Assembly: GCA_964016885.1 (NCBI GenBank)
Contig: OZ024742.1
Location: 316,882,001 to 316,946,000, forward strand
Reading direction: 5' to 3'
From: Eledone cirrhosa
Lineage: Eukaryota
DNA length: 64,000 bases
This document shows, piece after piece, positions 1-14,324 of the stretch; the stretch's first letter is position 1; each line of letters begins with the position of its first letter. The translations under genes were made by a program, and so were the position numbers. The notes beneath the pieces are model-generated. The model was not told the origin of the DNA, did not search any database, and was given only the letters and a program-made list of their open reading frames with translations.

Positions 1-388
1 AAAGTGGGAGCCAATATAGCGGTTGTTAGTCCAAGATAGACTACTTTTCTTTTCTATATTACTCTCACTCTGGAGCTTGCTGGCAACATATCCATGCATG
101 ACTTTTTGCTGATAGGCATGCAGTTTTTCATCCATGGATTCACAGCGATACTGCTGAGCGACATCCCTGGGTGTGAGTTTTTGATTATCACACAGGGAAT
201 ATCTTTCGAGAAGTTCCTTCCCAACTCTCATGATCTTATCTGTTTCATGCAGATAGACTTGCTCGAGAAACGGGCTCCTACGCTTCGAGGTTCGTAGATG
301 TTGTCGGAGAGATAAGATGCGACATTCAAATGTTGTCTGGACTGATGTTAGGCCTCTGCCTCGCTGCTTACGTTTCAAGTAAAGGCGG
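1..388 (-). mobile_element. R4/Dong-like (RLE-type) non-LTR retrotransposon fragment, region C-terminal to RT
   Basis: Minus strand reads RLYLKRKQRGRGL...MHGY, like the RLY.KR..GGRGL motif of R4-clade ORFs. The 5' junction abuts (ATGT)n and the fragment runs off the window. Confidence 0.7.
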
Positions 389-509
389 TATGAATGTATG
401 TATGTTCTTCTGGTTTTATAATTTCACAACGTTTTACCAATAGAGAGTCGGTTTCTAACATAGACACAAGACTCTCTCATTGGAATTTACACAACATCAA
501 CTAGGTAGA

Positions 510-1032
510 TATGTATGTATGTCTGCATTCATGCATGTGTAGATATGGATGTTATTGTATGTGTGGATGTGTATGTTTTGAGTTGTATGTGTTCATGTGT
601 ATATGCTTTGTATCTGTACATGTGTATATGCAGTTATTAGATGCAACATTTTTGGAATGTTTTACATATTTTTACTGTTCCATTAATGGATTGTACTTGT
701 AATTTCCTAACTAGTTGTGTTCTTTCTGTTCCTGTGAAGCCTAGCTTCTCAAGATTTGTATTGAGGCAGTTACTAACATATCCCAGTGCCCCAATAATCA
801 CAGGCATAAATCTCAAGGTGTAATCAGGGTGGAGTATCTGCAGATTTCTCATCAGTTCTGCATAAATATTCTCCTTTTCACTAATCTTTGTTATTATATT
901 GGCATCTGCTGGGCAGCTAATTTCCACTACTGTGCATGTTATCTTCTCCCTGTCCCATATCATATCTGGTCTGTTATGCCTGCATTTTATTGGGGTTTTT
1001 ACTGGAACATTCCACCAGTACTCTTTCATATT
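510..1032 (-). mobile_element. R4/Dong-like non-LTR 3' fragment encoding a restriction-like endonuclease (ORF 637-1029)
   Basis: HNRPD...VVEISCP...K..IY..L...PVIIGALG is a PD-(D/E)xK RLE signature. Flanked by (ATGT)n. Confidence 0.85.
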
Positions 1033-1120
1033 ATGTACGTATGTATGTATGTATGTATGTATGTATGTATGTATGTATGTATGTATGTATGTATGTATGT
1101 ATGTATGTATGTATGTATGT
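1033..1120. repeat. (ATGT)n microsatellite
   Basis: Near-perfect tetranucleotide run. Confidence 0.95.
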
Positions 1121-1727
1121 CAGGTCACCAGTTGGTGCTACTGGTAACATGTATCCCAGTACAACCTGTCTCATGGTCGGGTCGTTGGCGACTAAACTGG
1201 CAACCTCACCAAGGTTTCTTGGTGAGGAGGGTGACTTTGGACATCCTGCAGGACTAAAGACAAAACCTGTCAAAGGGCAAAAGAGCTCTTAAGAGTCAAT
1301 GGCCATCCAAAATAACCGGGAGAGATGACCCCTTAGCCTTTGTCAAGGCAGAATTCTAGGAGAAGGAAAACTCTGATATAACACCTGCAACTCTGATGGT
1401 ATCCAATGATGTTGACTTGTTCTTCTTTTTGGTAAATATCATCTTGGTTAAGAGAGTGGGACTGGCTTGTGCAGTGCCTTTGCTCACTATAAAAGCTTCA
1501 CGCCACAGGCATTGCTTTATATCTGGAGATCTCTCTGCACTTGTCGTCACATGGTACCATGGGCCCAGCACTATGTGTCAATAATTGTCGCAAGTGTAGT
1601 GTTTGTACCAGAGTTTTCAAGTCGCTGGCTGGACTAAAAAGTCACACTCGTTCAGCGCATCGGTAGGGGTTCTCCTACATGGATATAAAGTAGTGGCCGT
1701 ACTCGAAAACGAGTTGGCAGCTACCAT
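1121..1727 (+). mobile_element. ~600 bp non-coding interspersed element (family R), probably derived from an RTE LINE 5' region
   Basis: Near-identical copies at 12698-13272 (-) and 33741-34311 (+), and a decayed piece at ~11563-11745 (-). Contains AGGAGAAGGAAAACTCTG and GTCG-N4-CGACTAA motifs reminiscent of RTE 5' UTRs. Confidence 0.7.
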
Positions 1728-2397
1728 GTATCTATGTATGTATGGATGCATACATGTATATATATGTATGCATGTGTATGTATATGCGCGGGGACATAGA
1801 AATAAATATATATATATATATTTACTTGTCACTAGTTGGTTGTTTTTTCTATTTGTGTGTGTCTGATTTGTTTTGTTAGTTTGGGTTTTGTGTGTGTCTG
1901 TATGTCTATATTTTGTCCTTAATTACTAGTTGCAATGATACTATTCCACTCATGTTTTTCTATTTAATTTTGATTGGAGTTCGTTTATGTTTGTCGCCTC
2001 TGTGATTTGTCTGAGCAATGCAGCTTTTCTGTGTGTAGATATAATTTTTTCTCTATGTTCTTTAATGTGCTCCTATGTTTTAATTTGGCATGTTGGTATA
2101 GTACTGATGAGTAAATAAACACATAAATAGATAAATAAACACACACACAACTGGGTGTAACGCATGCGCAAACTAAGCACAAAACACACACCACACAAAA
2201 ACAAGATGTAGGACAGAACGAAGAAGGGATACAAAATAAAACCTACTCACTGAGGAGGTCACATAATATGAGATGAAAGGGATTTGACAACCATCCTATT
2301 ATCGAAGCACCAACCAACCGGCAATTCATAATAAATTGAAATAAAAACGAACAGATGCGGGTGTTTTTATTGGCAGCATAACCCTCCCAAAGTATAA

Positions 2398-2450
<53 letters not shown>

Positions 2451-2453
<3 letters not shown>

Positions 2454-3565
2454 TGGCGGACAGGGTCTAAAAATATTGGTTGCCAGATGAAGGGGGCCCA
2501 CCTACATATAGAATACTATCATTTAATGTTTATAATGAATAAATAAGATTTTCGAAAAAGACATTAGTGGAAACAAAACATTGCAATCAAATTTTTCCAG
2601 GAAAATATCTTACCGTTTCCAATAAAAAAGATTATGTATTTTGCGAAATCCAGAGACTTTCAATAATGATCAGAAGTCGACCCTAAATATTACTAATATC
2701 TGGAGGAATGCCAGGAATGACACCACATCTTTATAACTTTGATTTTGAAAGCAGGTTTATAATTATCAATTTTCAGTATACTTTTGTAGCTGTCTCAGGG
2801 GTATAGGTGGAAGAATCATAGAGGGTGGTGATCCTGGTCTGAAGTTCGATCCAGTCGGGAGTAGGGTTCCCAGCAAACCTTTTCATTTTTTTCTATGGGT
2901 TGTAAAATAAAAACTGAAAAAGGTTACATGTACTTCTTGACCAGGATTGAACCCAACGCCAGGATCTTCACCGTCTCTAGTACCTACCGCTAGGCCACAG
3001 AAGCAACTACGAAATTCTTATGAAAATTCATACTTTTAAACCTACTTTCAAAATTTTCAAAACAAAGTTTTGTGGTGTCGGTCATGTCTTATTGTTATTG
3101 CTCCTACTTAAGGTCGACTTCTAAATCATTTCGGTGTTCCATAAACTACATCCTCGTTTTGTTTCACATCTGCCTAGACTATATTTTAACCTGTAATCCA
3201 TATTTCATTTATGTTGCACCCCCCACCCCCCTTTCTCCCTGTGATATTTGAATCTACTATGATTTGGGCTTACTTTATTCATATATATATATATATATAT
3301 TTTTGCATGTCTGATTCAAACTTACAATGATTGGCATAATATATATATATATATATATATTAAAATAAAAGATTAAAGTGTAAGCAAAGAATCGTTGCTT
3401 TCACCATTAACAGGATCTTCTGAAGTTCCCGTTAAGGGTGAAAACAGCGATTCTTTGCTTTAAACTTTAATCTGTGATTTTAATAAATATTTGCTCTACG
3501 GTTTCAAATATTTTATATATATATATATTATCCTTATCAAGCCCTCTTCGTATTTTTGTCTTCAC

Positions 3566-3602
<37 letters not shown>

Positions 3603-4706
3603 TATTATTTGTTTGCTAAAATAATCAAATCAAATTAATTCAACAGTTAAACACACACAGGAATAAAAACATTGCTAACAATGGCCCAGAAGATTAACAA
3701 GTCGACCCTAAATATTACTAATAGCTCTAGGAAAGTCATGAACAACACCACATCTTTTTAACTTTGATTTTGAAAGTAGGTTTATGATTATCAATTTTCA
3801 TTATACTTTCGTAGCTGTATCGGTGGCCTAGTTGGAGGAATCATAGACGTGGTGATCCTGGTCTGAAGTTCGATGCTGGTAGGATATAGGGTTTCCCGTT
3901 AAACATTTTCAGTTTTTTTCTATAAAATAAAAACTGAAAGAGGTTACATGTACCTCTTGACCAGGATTGAACCCAAGGCCAGACATATATATATATATAC
4001 ACAGTGGTGGACTAGGTCTATATAATGGTATCATTTAATTTTTATAATGAATAAATAACATTCTCAAAAAATACATAAGTGGAAACAAAACAGTGCAATC
4101 AAATTTTTACGCAAAAATATCTTACCTCCTCCAATAAAAACTATTATGAATTTTGCGAAATCCAGAGACGTTCAGTAATGACCTTTGGTCTTTCACACTC
4201 ACTCAATATATATATATACACCACATTCATCACTAATTGATTAGACATATGTCTTTAACCCATTGATACAAAATATTATTTGGTCAGTAGTTCATGTGTA
4301 AGTATATATATATATCGTGTGTAAGCATATGTATATATATATATATATATATGCTTGTGTGTCTGTGTCTATATACGTATGTTTGCAAGCATGAATGAAT
4401 ACACTAAGCCTTACATTTAGTAGAATGTACAACCACTGATTCTAGCTATTTGCAATATCGTATATTTTGGTTTCTAGTAACTCCCTGGGGAATTGGTTGA
4501 CCAAATGCTTTGCTTAATTGTTTTATTTATATTTTTTTATTTTATTCTTTCTCTTAGATTTCAGGTATTTTTTTAAAGCGAAGGTTCGGCCCCTAACATA
4601 CTACAGTGGGCTCTGCAATGCTACTGTGGGCTCTTGCAATGCTACCGTGGGCCCCTGGGTCCCGCTTGCAATTGGGCAACCTGGCAACCTGGCCAGTTCA
4701 CCACTG
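2451..4706. mobile_element. Probable non-autonomous DNA transposon with CAGTGG(C/T)G terminal inverted repeats, internally duplicated
   Basis: Left end CAGTGGCGGAC (2451, repeated as CAGTGGTGGAC at ~4002) and right end GTTCACCACTG (4696-4706), TA on both sides. 2675-2960 recurs at ~3700-3980 and 2515-2670 at ~4025-4180. Confidence 0.5.
3362..3485. repeat. Fold-back copy of family C (CAGAAGA-HHR element)
   Basis: Inverted arms AAGCAAAGAATCG..TTTCACC. Other copies at ~6637-6905, 31520-31880 and 38683-38900. Confidence 0.75.
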
Positions 4707-5007
4707 TATCTATACATATATATAAAATTGAAGTTGTCTGTGAGTGTCCTAATTGTGGCAAAGTCTCTACAAATCCACATTTTTACTCCGATTGATTTCA
4801 AACTTGCATTTATATATTCATTGCGGTCTAAAGATATTAACTGCAGCTTTTGTTTTTCAATTTTCTGTTGTTAAATGCGTTTTCTTCACTAAAACTTTAA
4901 GCCCTTTTTGTCAGTTACTTCGGCAATTTTGTCTACAATGTTCAAGAGAGACAACTCTTTAATAAGAGAGTATTGAAGTTTGCTTGAAGCATTGTGGAAT
5001 AATAAGG

Positions 5008-5643
5008 TAAATTTCTTTAAGTCGTTTGGAAGCCTCGACAATGCAAATGGGTAAATCTCCGGGTAACAAGATCCGGTGGTGGAGATAGAGATGTAAGTAG
5101 GTGCACGTTAAGATGCGTGGCGTGTATGAGACGTGTAGAGGAATGAAGGAAATAGCGTAAAGGATAAAAATAAAAATAACAACACGAGAGGGAGTTACCT
5201 TGGGAGAGATTTAATTGTCCCTATATATTTCGGATTCACATCCATCAAGTGGGGTTTTTTCCGGGGTGGGGGAAAGGTTGTCTGTCTGAAAGGTGCGAAA
5301 CGCGTCCTCCGCTGTTCGATATTCAAAACAACGAACAGCGGAGGACACGTTTCGCACCTTTCCGACAGACAACCTTTCCCCCACCCCGGAAAAAAACACC
5401 AGTTGATGGATGTGAATCCGAAATATATAGGGACAATTAAATCTCTCGCAAGGTAACTCCCTCTCGTGTTGTTATTTTTATTTTTATCCTTTACGTTCTT
5501 TCCTTCATTCCTCTACACGTTTTATACACACCACGCATCTCAACGTACACCCACTTACATCTCTCTCTCCACCACCGTATCTTGTTACCCGGAGATTTAC
5601 CCATTTGCATTGTCGAGGCTTCCAAACGACTTAAAGAAATTTA
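5008..5643. repeat. ~636 bp imperfect palindrome centred near 5325
   Basis: Arms are reverse complements, e.g. AAATTTCTTTAAGTCGTTTGGAAGCC / GGCTTCCAAACGACTTAAAGAAATTT, with scattered substitutions. Confidence 0.9.
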
Positions 5644-6904
5644 ACTCTTTAGTACTTTGAAAGAGTTACCTCTCTTTATAGACTATATTATCCCTACTTC
5701 AACGTACATCCCATGAAATTGTTGATGGTGACCCCAATAGTAATTCCAAGGCGTTCGGCATCCGATATAACAGTTCGGTATATATCAGATTGGGTATATT
5801 TTTGTAACCTTAAAAGTGTCCAACTAAATTATATCATGCTCTCCACCACTGCAGTCATACATGCTTACTGCTCTGTAACTATTGCATTGTACCATAGCAC
5901 AGAAAATGCATGTTCAGTTTGTCGAATGCCTTTTTACCTAACCCTATCGTCTTGGCTTTCGTGGATTGAACATTTTACTCTCAGGCACCCAATTAAATTA
6001 AACCCGTGGTAATCTACGACGATTTTTTTTATAAGCACGAAATGTAGACACCATCGCCAGGCCGAGGTATTCCATATTTCTCTGTACTGTTTCAGAAAGG
6101 AGGGATAAACATGCCAATCTATGATTAGATGCCCGAGCAACGCCGGGCCATTCTGCTAGTATATATATATGTATATATATATGAAAACATGGCGTGCTGC
6201 GTGGTTGTAAATGGGTTACATATGAATAAAATTAGTGATCTTCCATCAGTGATCTTCCAGCCTTCATTGGTATTTCATAGCTTTCAAGACCATATTCCCC
6301 TGGTTGGTGCGAGCAACGGCTAAAAAAAGTCGTTGGGACACGCAAATAGGGGTAACAAGCGAGACAGTAAACAAACAAAGATGGTAATGCAACGAAGAGT
6401 GAGGAAGAAGGAGTCAAGTCCCTGAAATCGATGAACATAAGTTCTGTGAAATCGTAGACGAGAGAGAATAAAGACCATCAAACCTGGTCGAAATGTGACC
6501 GAGGAAAGAATTTTGCACAGGTCAAACGGGGGGAAGTAGGAGAGGGAGTAGCAGAGAGTGAGTGAGTGAAAGTGTGACGAAGAGGCTAACAGAGAGAGTG
6601 ACTGGCAGAGGGGATATATATATATATATATATATATTAAAATAACAGATTAAAGTTTAAGCAAAGAATCGCTGCTTTCACCCTTAACGGGATGTTTTGA
6701 AACTAAAAAAATCAATCTGTGAACGCAGAAGTAATTATTTCGAAAAACATTGCAACCAAAGGAAGACAGGAAGACGATACTTTGGTTCGTGGACAGAAGT
6801 TTTAGGTATTTCGTCCTGCTTTGTACGGGTATGTTCTTTGTAGATATATTCAGATGTTGTTTCTAGATGATGAATATAATCAATAGAGTGCTCAACCGAG
6901 GGAA

Positions 6905-7153
<249 letters not shown>

Positions 7154-7191
7154 TTGTTGAACATTGCAAACTTGACTGTCACCACATAATA

Positions 7192-7230
7192 TGAACCTGA
7201 AGATTGCGAAAGCATGAAAGTACTTGTTCA
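7192..7230 (+). ncRNA. Minimal type I hammerhead ribozyme
   Basis: TGAAC-CTGAAGA-T-TGC(GAAA)GCA-T-GAAA-GTAC-TT-GTTCA. Helix I 5 bp, helix II with GAAA tetraloop, palindromic helix III AGTACT, CUU cleavage triplet. Confidence 0.85.
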
Positions 7231-7357
7231 ATTAACACTTAGAATTTAATATTCTATCATACTATTTCATTACAATACCATTATAAATTTTAAAGGATTG
7301 TAAATAAAACGGGTAAATCAGACAAAGTTGGAATTCCTCTTATTAATATATATATAT

Positions 7358-7392
<35 letters not shown>

Positions 7393-7718
7393 AATATATA
7401 TACGTAGATAAATCTACCAACATGTACGGTAGTGTCCAATCCGTATGAAGAACTCAATGTAATCCGAATATCTTGAAAAGAGATGTATTCAAACAATTTT
7501 TTTGGTGAAAATTAACGGAAAACAGAGTCAAGATAAATTAATAAAATAATAAATAAACAAAGAAACAGTTCCTTATATTAAAAAATTCATCATTTTACGA
7601 TCGTTTCTAGGATATATATGTTAGTGTTGGTATGCATATCCTATAGATCTATGTAAAATTTTTACAAACTATCAGAGGGAATATACATATCTACACATAT
7701 ATATGGTGTCTTCTGAAA

Positions 7719-7856
7719 TCATTATTTCTGAAGACAGCATATATATGTGTAGGTATGTATATTCCCTCTGATAGTTTGTAAAAATGTTACATAGATCTAT
7801 AGGATATGCATACCAACACTGACATATATATCCTAGAAACGATCGTAAAATGATGA
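7719..7856 (+). ncRNA. Type I hammerhead with ~100 nt extended helix II (family L)
   Basis: TCATTATTT/AAATGATGA helix I, CTGAAGA core, long self-complementary insert, GAAA-CGATCG-TA. Lies in the fold-back 7543-7910. Confidence 0.7.
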
Positions 7857-7904
7857 ATTTTTTAATATAAGGAACTGTTTCTTTGTTTATTTATTATTTT
7901 ATTA

Positions 7905-7997
<93 letters not shown>

Positions 7998-8332
7998 AGG
8001 GTGTTGTACGTGCGTCATAGACAGTTTTAATTGCCGAAAGTATAAAAACGTCGAACTAAATGCATTTTAAAATTTGTTTTTTCTTTCTGTGATCTGATTA
8101 CAATAGGAGTTCACTAACATTTTTCTGAATTTGTTCATATCAGCTACCACGATCTATTTTAAAACTATCTCTATATCTCGTCAAAACAAATCAACGTTAT
8201 ACAAATACACAAACTTACTAATACTCACACACATATTGATATATCTATACACACACACACACCCATATATATATATATATGCAAGTATGTATGTATACGT
8301 ACATACATATATGTATACAGAAGTACAGTAGC

Positions 8333-8377
<45 letters not shown>

Positions 8378-8530
8378 TAGATACAGGCACACATAAATAT
8401 GTACGTATCAGTTTAGCGAACATTTATTATAATGTTCGCTTTGTTCGTTTGTAAACAAACGGACAGCCTGATTTATGCCGTACGGTGTTAAGGCAACCAC
8501 GTCACCTTTTTGTTCAACACTGACACAGGA

Positions 8531-8573
8531 ACGATGTACTAGTTTCAAGCTTGTTAGCTATCGTCAGCACCGT
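8531..8573 (-). ncRNA. Minimal type I hammerhead (family T, copy 1)
   Basis: Minus strand ACGGTG-CTGACGA-T-AGCT(AACA)AGCT-T-GAAA-CTAG-TA-CATCGT. All three helices pair and the cleavage site is GUA. Confidence 0.9.
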
Positions 8574-8811
8574 ATACCCTTCTGCCAGATAGTTGAACGT
8601 TCGAAAGTATATACTTTCCTTATGAAAATTAACGGCTGAGCAGCCTAATTTGCATATCGAGTGAGTTCAGTCGGCCAAGCGCACCGAAAACGATAAATAG
8701 ATAGAATAGAATGAAACGAAATTTCATTTCTCACTGTTAGTACGGCACTTACTTAAATGCAAGTATGTATGTATACGTACATACATATATGTATACAGAC
8801 GTACAGTAGTA

Positions 8812-8889
<78 letters not shown>

Positions 8890-9040
8890 CAGGTACACAT
8901 ATATATATATGTACCTATCAGTTTAGCGGACGTTTATTATAACGCCCGCTTTGTCCGTTTGTAAACAAGCGGACAGCCTGATTTATGCCGTACGGTATTA
9001 AGGCAAACACGTCACCTTTTTGTTCAACACTGACACAGGA

Positions 9041-9083
9041 ACGATGTACTAGTTTCAAGCTTCTTAGCTATCATCAGCACCGT
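9041..9083 (-). ncRNA. Minimal type I hammerhead (family T, copy 2)
   Basis: Same fold, core CTGATGA. Confidence 0.9.
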
Positions 9084-9317
9084 ATACCCTTCTGCCAGAT
9101 AGTTGAACGTTCGAAAGTATATACTTTCCTTATGAAAATTAACGGCTGAGCAGCCTAATTTGCATATCGAGTGAGTTCAGTCGGCCAGGCGTAACGAAAA
9201 CGATAAGCTGCAATATAATGAAACGAAATTTCATTTCTCACTCTTAGTACGGCACTTACTTAAATGTAAGTATGTATGTATACGTACATACATATATGTA
9301 TACAGAAGTACAGTAGC

Positions 9318-9370
<53 letters not shown>

Positions 9371-9521
9371 CAGGCACACAAATATATATATGTACGTATC
9401 AGTTTAGCGAACATTTATTATAATGTTCGGTTTGTTCGTTTGTAAACAAACGGACAGCCTGATTTATGCCGTACGGTGTTAAGGCAACCACGTCACCTTT
9501 TTGTTCAACACTGACACAGGA

Positions 9522-9564
9522 ACGATGTACTAGTTTCAAGCTTCTTAGCTATCGTCAGCACCGT
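9522..9564 (-). ncRNA. Minimal type I hammerhead (family T, copy 3)
   Basis: Same fold, core CTGACGA. Confidence 0.9.
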
Positions 9565-9801
9565 ATACCCTTCTGCCAGATAGTTGAACGTTCGAAAGTA
9601 TATACTTTCCGTATGAAAATTAACGGCTGAGCAGCCTAATTTGCATATCGAGTGAGTTCAGTCGGCCAAGCGCACCGAAAACGATAAATAGATAGAATAG
9701 AATGAAACGAAATTTCATTTCTCACTCTTAGTACGGCACTTACTTAAATGCAAGTATGTATGTATACGTACATACATATATGTATACAGAAGTACAGTAG
9801 C

Positions 9802-9884
<83 letters not shown>

Positions 9885-10037
9885 CATACAGGCACACATA
9901 TATATATGTACGTATCAGTTTAGCGAACATTTATTATAATGTTCGCTTTGTTCGCTTGTAAACAAACGGACAGCCTGATTTATGCCGTACGGTGTTAAGG
10001 CAACCACGTCACCTTTTTGTTCAACACTGACACAAGA

Positions 10038-10080
10038 ACGATGTACTAGTTTCAAGCTTGTTAGCTATCGTCAGCACCGT
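10038..10080 (-). ncRNA. Minimal type I hammerhead (family T, copy 4)
   Basis: Same fold, core CTGACGA. Confidence 0.9.
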
Positions 10081-10294
10081 ATACCCTTCTGCCAGAGAGT
10101 TGAACGTTCGAAAGTATATACTTTCCTTATGAAAATTAACGGCTGCGCAGTGTCAGTGTTGAACAAAAAGGTGACGTGGTTGCCTTAACACCGTACGGCA
10201 TAAATCAGGCTGTCCGTTTGTTTACAAGCGAACAAAGCGAACATTATAATAAATGTTCGCTAAACTGATACGTACATATATATATGTGTGCCTG

Positions 10295-10422
<128 letters not shown>

Positions 10423-10540
10423 CATGCTACTGTACTTCTGTATACATATATGTGTGTACGTATACATACATACTTGCATTTAAGTAAGTGCCGTACTAAG
10501 AGTGAGAAATGAAATGTTGTTTCATTCTATTCTATCTATA

Positions 10541-10621
<81 letters not shown>

Positions 10622-10742
10622 TGATATGTACGTATGTATATGTATACGTATGTATATATGTATATATTGATATGTACGTATGTCTGTGTATATTGATTTG
10701 TACGTATGTACGTGTATATATATATACATATATATATATTTA

Positions 10743-10797
<55 letters not shown>

Positions 10798-10847
10798 GTA
10801 TATATATGTATATATATATACATATATATATATATACATACATATGA

Positions 10848-10954
<107 letters not shown>

Positions 10955-11029
10955 CATATACATGCATATATATATATATATATATATACGATATTAACAA
11001 ATGGAAACTATATTTGTAAAACCATATTT

Positions 11030-11092
11030 ATTTCATTATACATATTTCAAGGACACCAAGTTAAATTATGGTGTGCTTTCATCAGACAAAAT
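11030..11092 (-). ncRNA. Type I hammerhead in fold-back 10989-11373
   Basis: ATTTTGT-CTGATGA-AAGCACACCA..TGGTGTCCTT-GAAA-TATGTA-TA-ATGAAAT. The mirror copy at 11269-11331 (+) has core CCGATGA. Confidence 0.8.
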
Positions 11093-11459
11093 ATAATATA
11101 GTTTTAATAAAATATAATATAGTTTTATAAATAAATATTGACATACCCTTAAAAAATGCAACCATTACTGTTGGAAGTTCCCGGATAGCTATCCGGGAGC
11201 TTCCAACAGTAATGGTTGCATTTTTTATTGGTATGTCAATATTTATTTATAAAACTGATCTATATTATATTTTGTCCGATGAAAGCACACCATAATTTAA
11301 CTTGGTGTCCTTGAAATATGTATAATGAAATAAATATGGTTTTGTAAATATAGTTTCCATTCGTTAATATCGTATTTTTACTCCAAATATTTGTTGAGTG
11401 ATTTATATCAGTTATAAAAATATTTGCTTGTTGTATCCCAACAATTTAAATAGAACTTT

Positions 11460-11517
<58 letters not shown>

Positions 11518-11783
11518 TATATATACATACATATATATACATATACATATATATATATACATATGATAGCTGCCCCCTCATTATAGAGTATGGCCATTGC
11601 ATGATATACCATTATTAATGCCTGTGCGTGAAGATATTTTTTTGATGTGATGGAACACTGTGCACTGAGCCAATCCCACTCTCTGAGGGACAGTAGCTAT
11701 AACCCGAAAACAAGAAAAGATCAACATCACCGCTAACTACTGAGCCGTACGTAAATACATACGTACCTACATACATATATATG

Positions 11784-11897
<114 letters not shown>

Positions 11898-12176
11898 TAT
11901 ATATAAATATATATATATCCATTAGTTAAGCGTATCAAGACCACAAATTTCACGATGAAAACATTATTAAAAGATTGTCAACATATTTTAGTTTGATGTA
12001 AAGATTGTAGAGAATAATAATAATAATGAGATCTCACACAATGCAGCCTCGACAGATGAATACTGCTTGATTATGGCTGACAACTGATACAACGAGGACA
12101 CCATAGTGAAACACCAATATATGGAACACTACATTATCTAACATTCTCTCCTTATTTTCATTTATATTCCTTTGAA

Positions 12177-12294
12177 GTTCCGATGAGCCGCTCTGTTTTC
12201 AAATATGTTAATTATTTTCAACTGAACAGATCAATAAGGATATATAGTCAACTCATCCAGAAATATTATATGGAGTAGCGAAACAATTGTAAAC
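12177..12294 (+). ncRNA. Candidate long-helix-II hammerhead with U4C core, inside inverted arms 11921-12025/12316-12420
   Basis: GTT-CCGATGA-GCCGCTCT...GGAGTAGC-GAAA-CAATTG-TA-AAC. Helix I is only 3 bp and the core is mutated. Confidence 0.5.
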
Positions 12295-12601
12295 GGACAT
12301 TATTATTATTAATATTATTATTATTATTCTCTACATTCCTTACATCAAACTAAAATATGTTGACAATCTTTTAATAATGTCTTCCTTGTGAAATTTGTGG
12401 TCTTGTTTTGCTTAACTAATAAATATTTCCAGCTCTGCGCACCTAACTTCTGCATGAACTCAGCCACCTAGCTGCTTTCTACTGCATATTGCACATTGAG
12501 CACATGCCTTTACGCTTTGGCTTCTAACTAATTCACCGATCTCTCCTCTCCTGTCTCTTCTCCTATCTCCATCTCTCTCTTTAAGATTGGTTACTCTTGA
12601 A

Positions 12602-13272
<671 letters not shown>

Positions 13273-13601
13273 TATATATATATACATACATACATACATA
13301 CATACATAGAGACGTTAATATATACATAACATGTAATAGCGGACAAAAGTATATAAGAAGTTGCAATAATGCAAATGGCATACTTACTCACAATAGAACG
13401 AAATACAGAAGGAATATTCCTTTCAAAATCTCCGTTAACTGATAATACATACATAGACTATATTTGAAATTATAATTACGTCGTATACGGTTGATATAAT
13501 ATAACATACATCTAAATACACATAGAGAGATACATACACACACAAGCATTCAATTAAACACGTAAATATCTATATACTCATGCATGTATGTACACATAAA
13601 T

Positions 13602-13876
<275 letters not shown>

Positions 13877-14153
13877 TATATAACGAAGGAAATGTGGTAA
13901 AGAACCAGATGGACCATAACCTCTTTCTTCTACTGGCAGGTTCAGTTACCCCTTCCTTCCACAAATTGCCATGATTGAATTACGTGTCTCAACAACAAAC
14001 TTTTGACCAATCCTTGTGACAATCACTTTTACCATATATGGAATTACCCCCTGAGAAGCTCGGCTATTCATGTACCAGGATAAAAATTTTCATTTAGTCC
14101 AGAATTATCCGTCGAAACGGCTTCAGCTCAGCCGTCGGGGTCCTACTCGTTCC

Positions 14154-14187
<34 letters not shown>

Positions 14188-14284
14188 GTGGTGGAACACT
14201 GGAATGTAATATCTGTAGTGGTAGAGCACTCAGTCCAAGGGACGAGTTAGGTAGAAGTGGTTACACAACAGTTAGTTCACCATA

Positions 14285-14324
14285 CCGAGAACAATTGTTT
14301 CACCTTCGCGGATCTTCAGCTCGG
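14285..14324 (-). ncRNA. Minimal type I hammerhead
   Basis: CCGAG-CTGAAGA-TCCGCGAAGGT-GAAA-CAATTG-TT-CTCGG. Confidence 0.85.

Noticed and set aside
2243-2305. CTGAGGA...GAAA..ATCCTA hammerhead-like string
   Set aside because: Helix II and III are plausible, but helix I does not pair.
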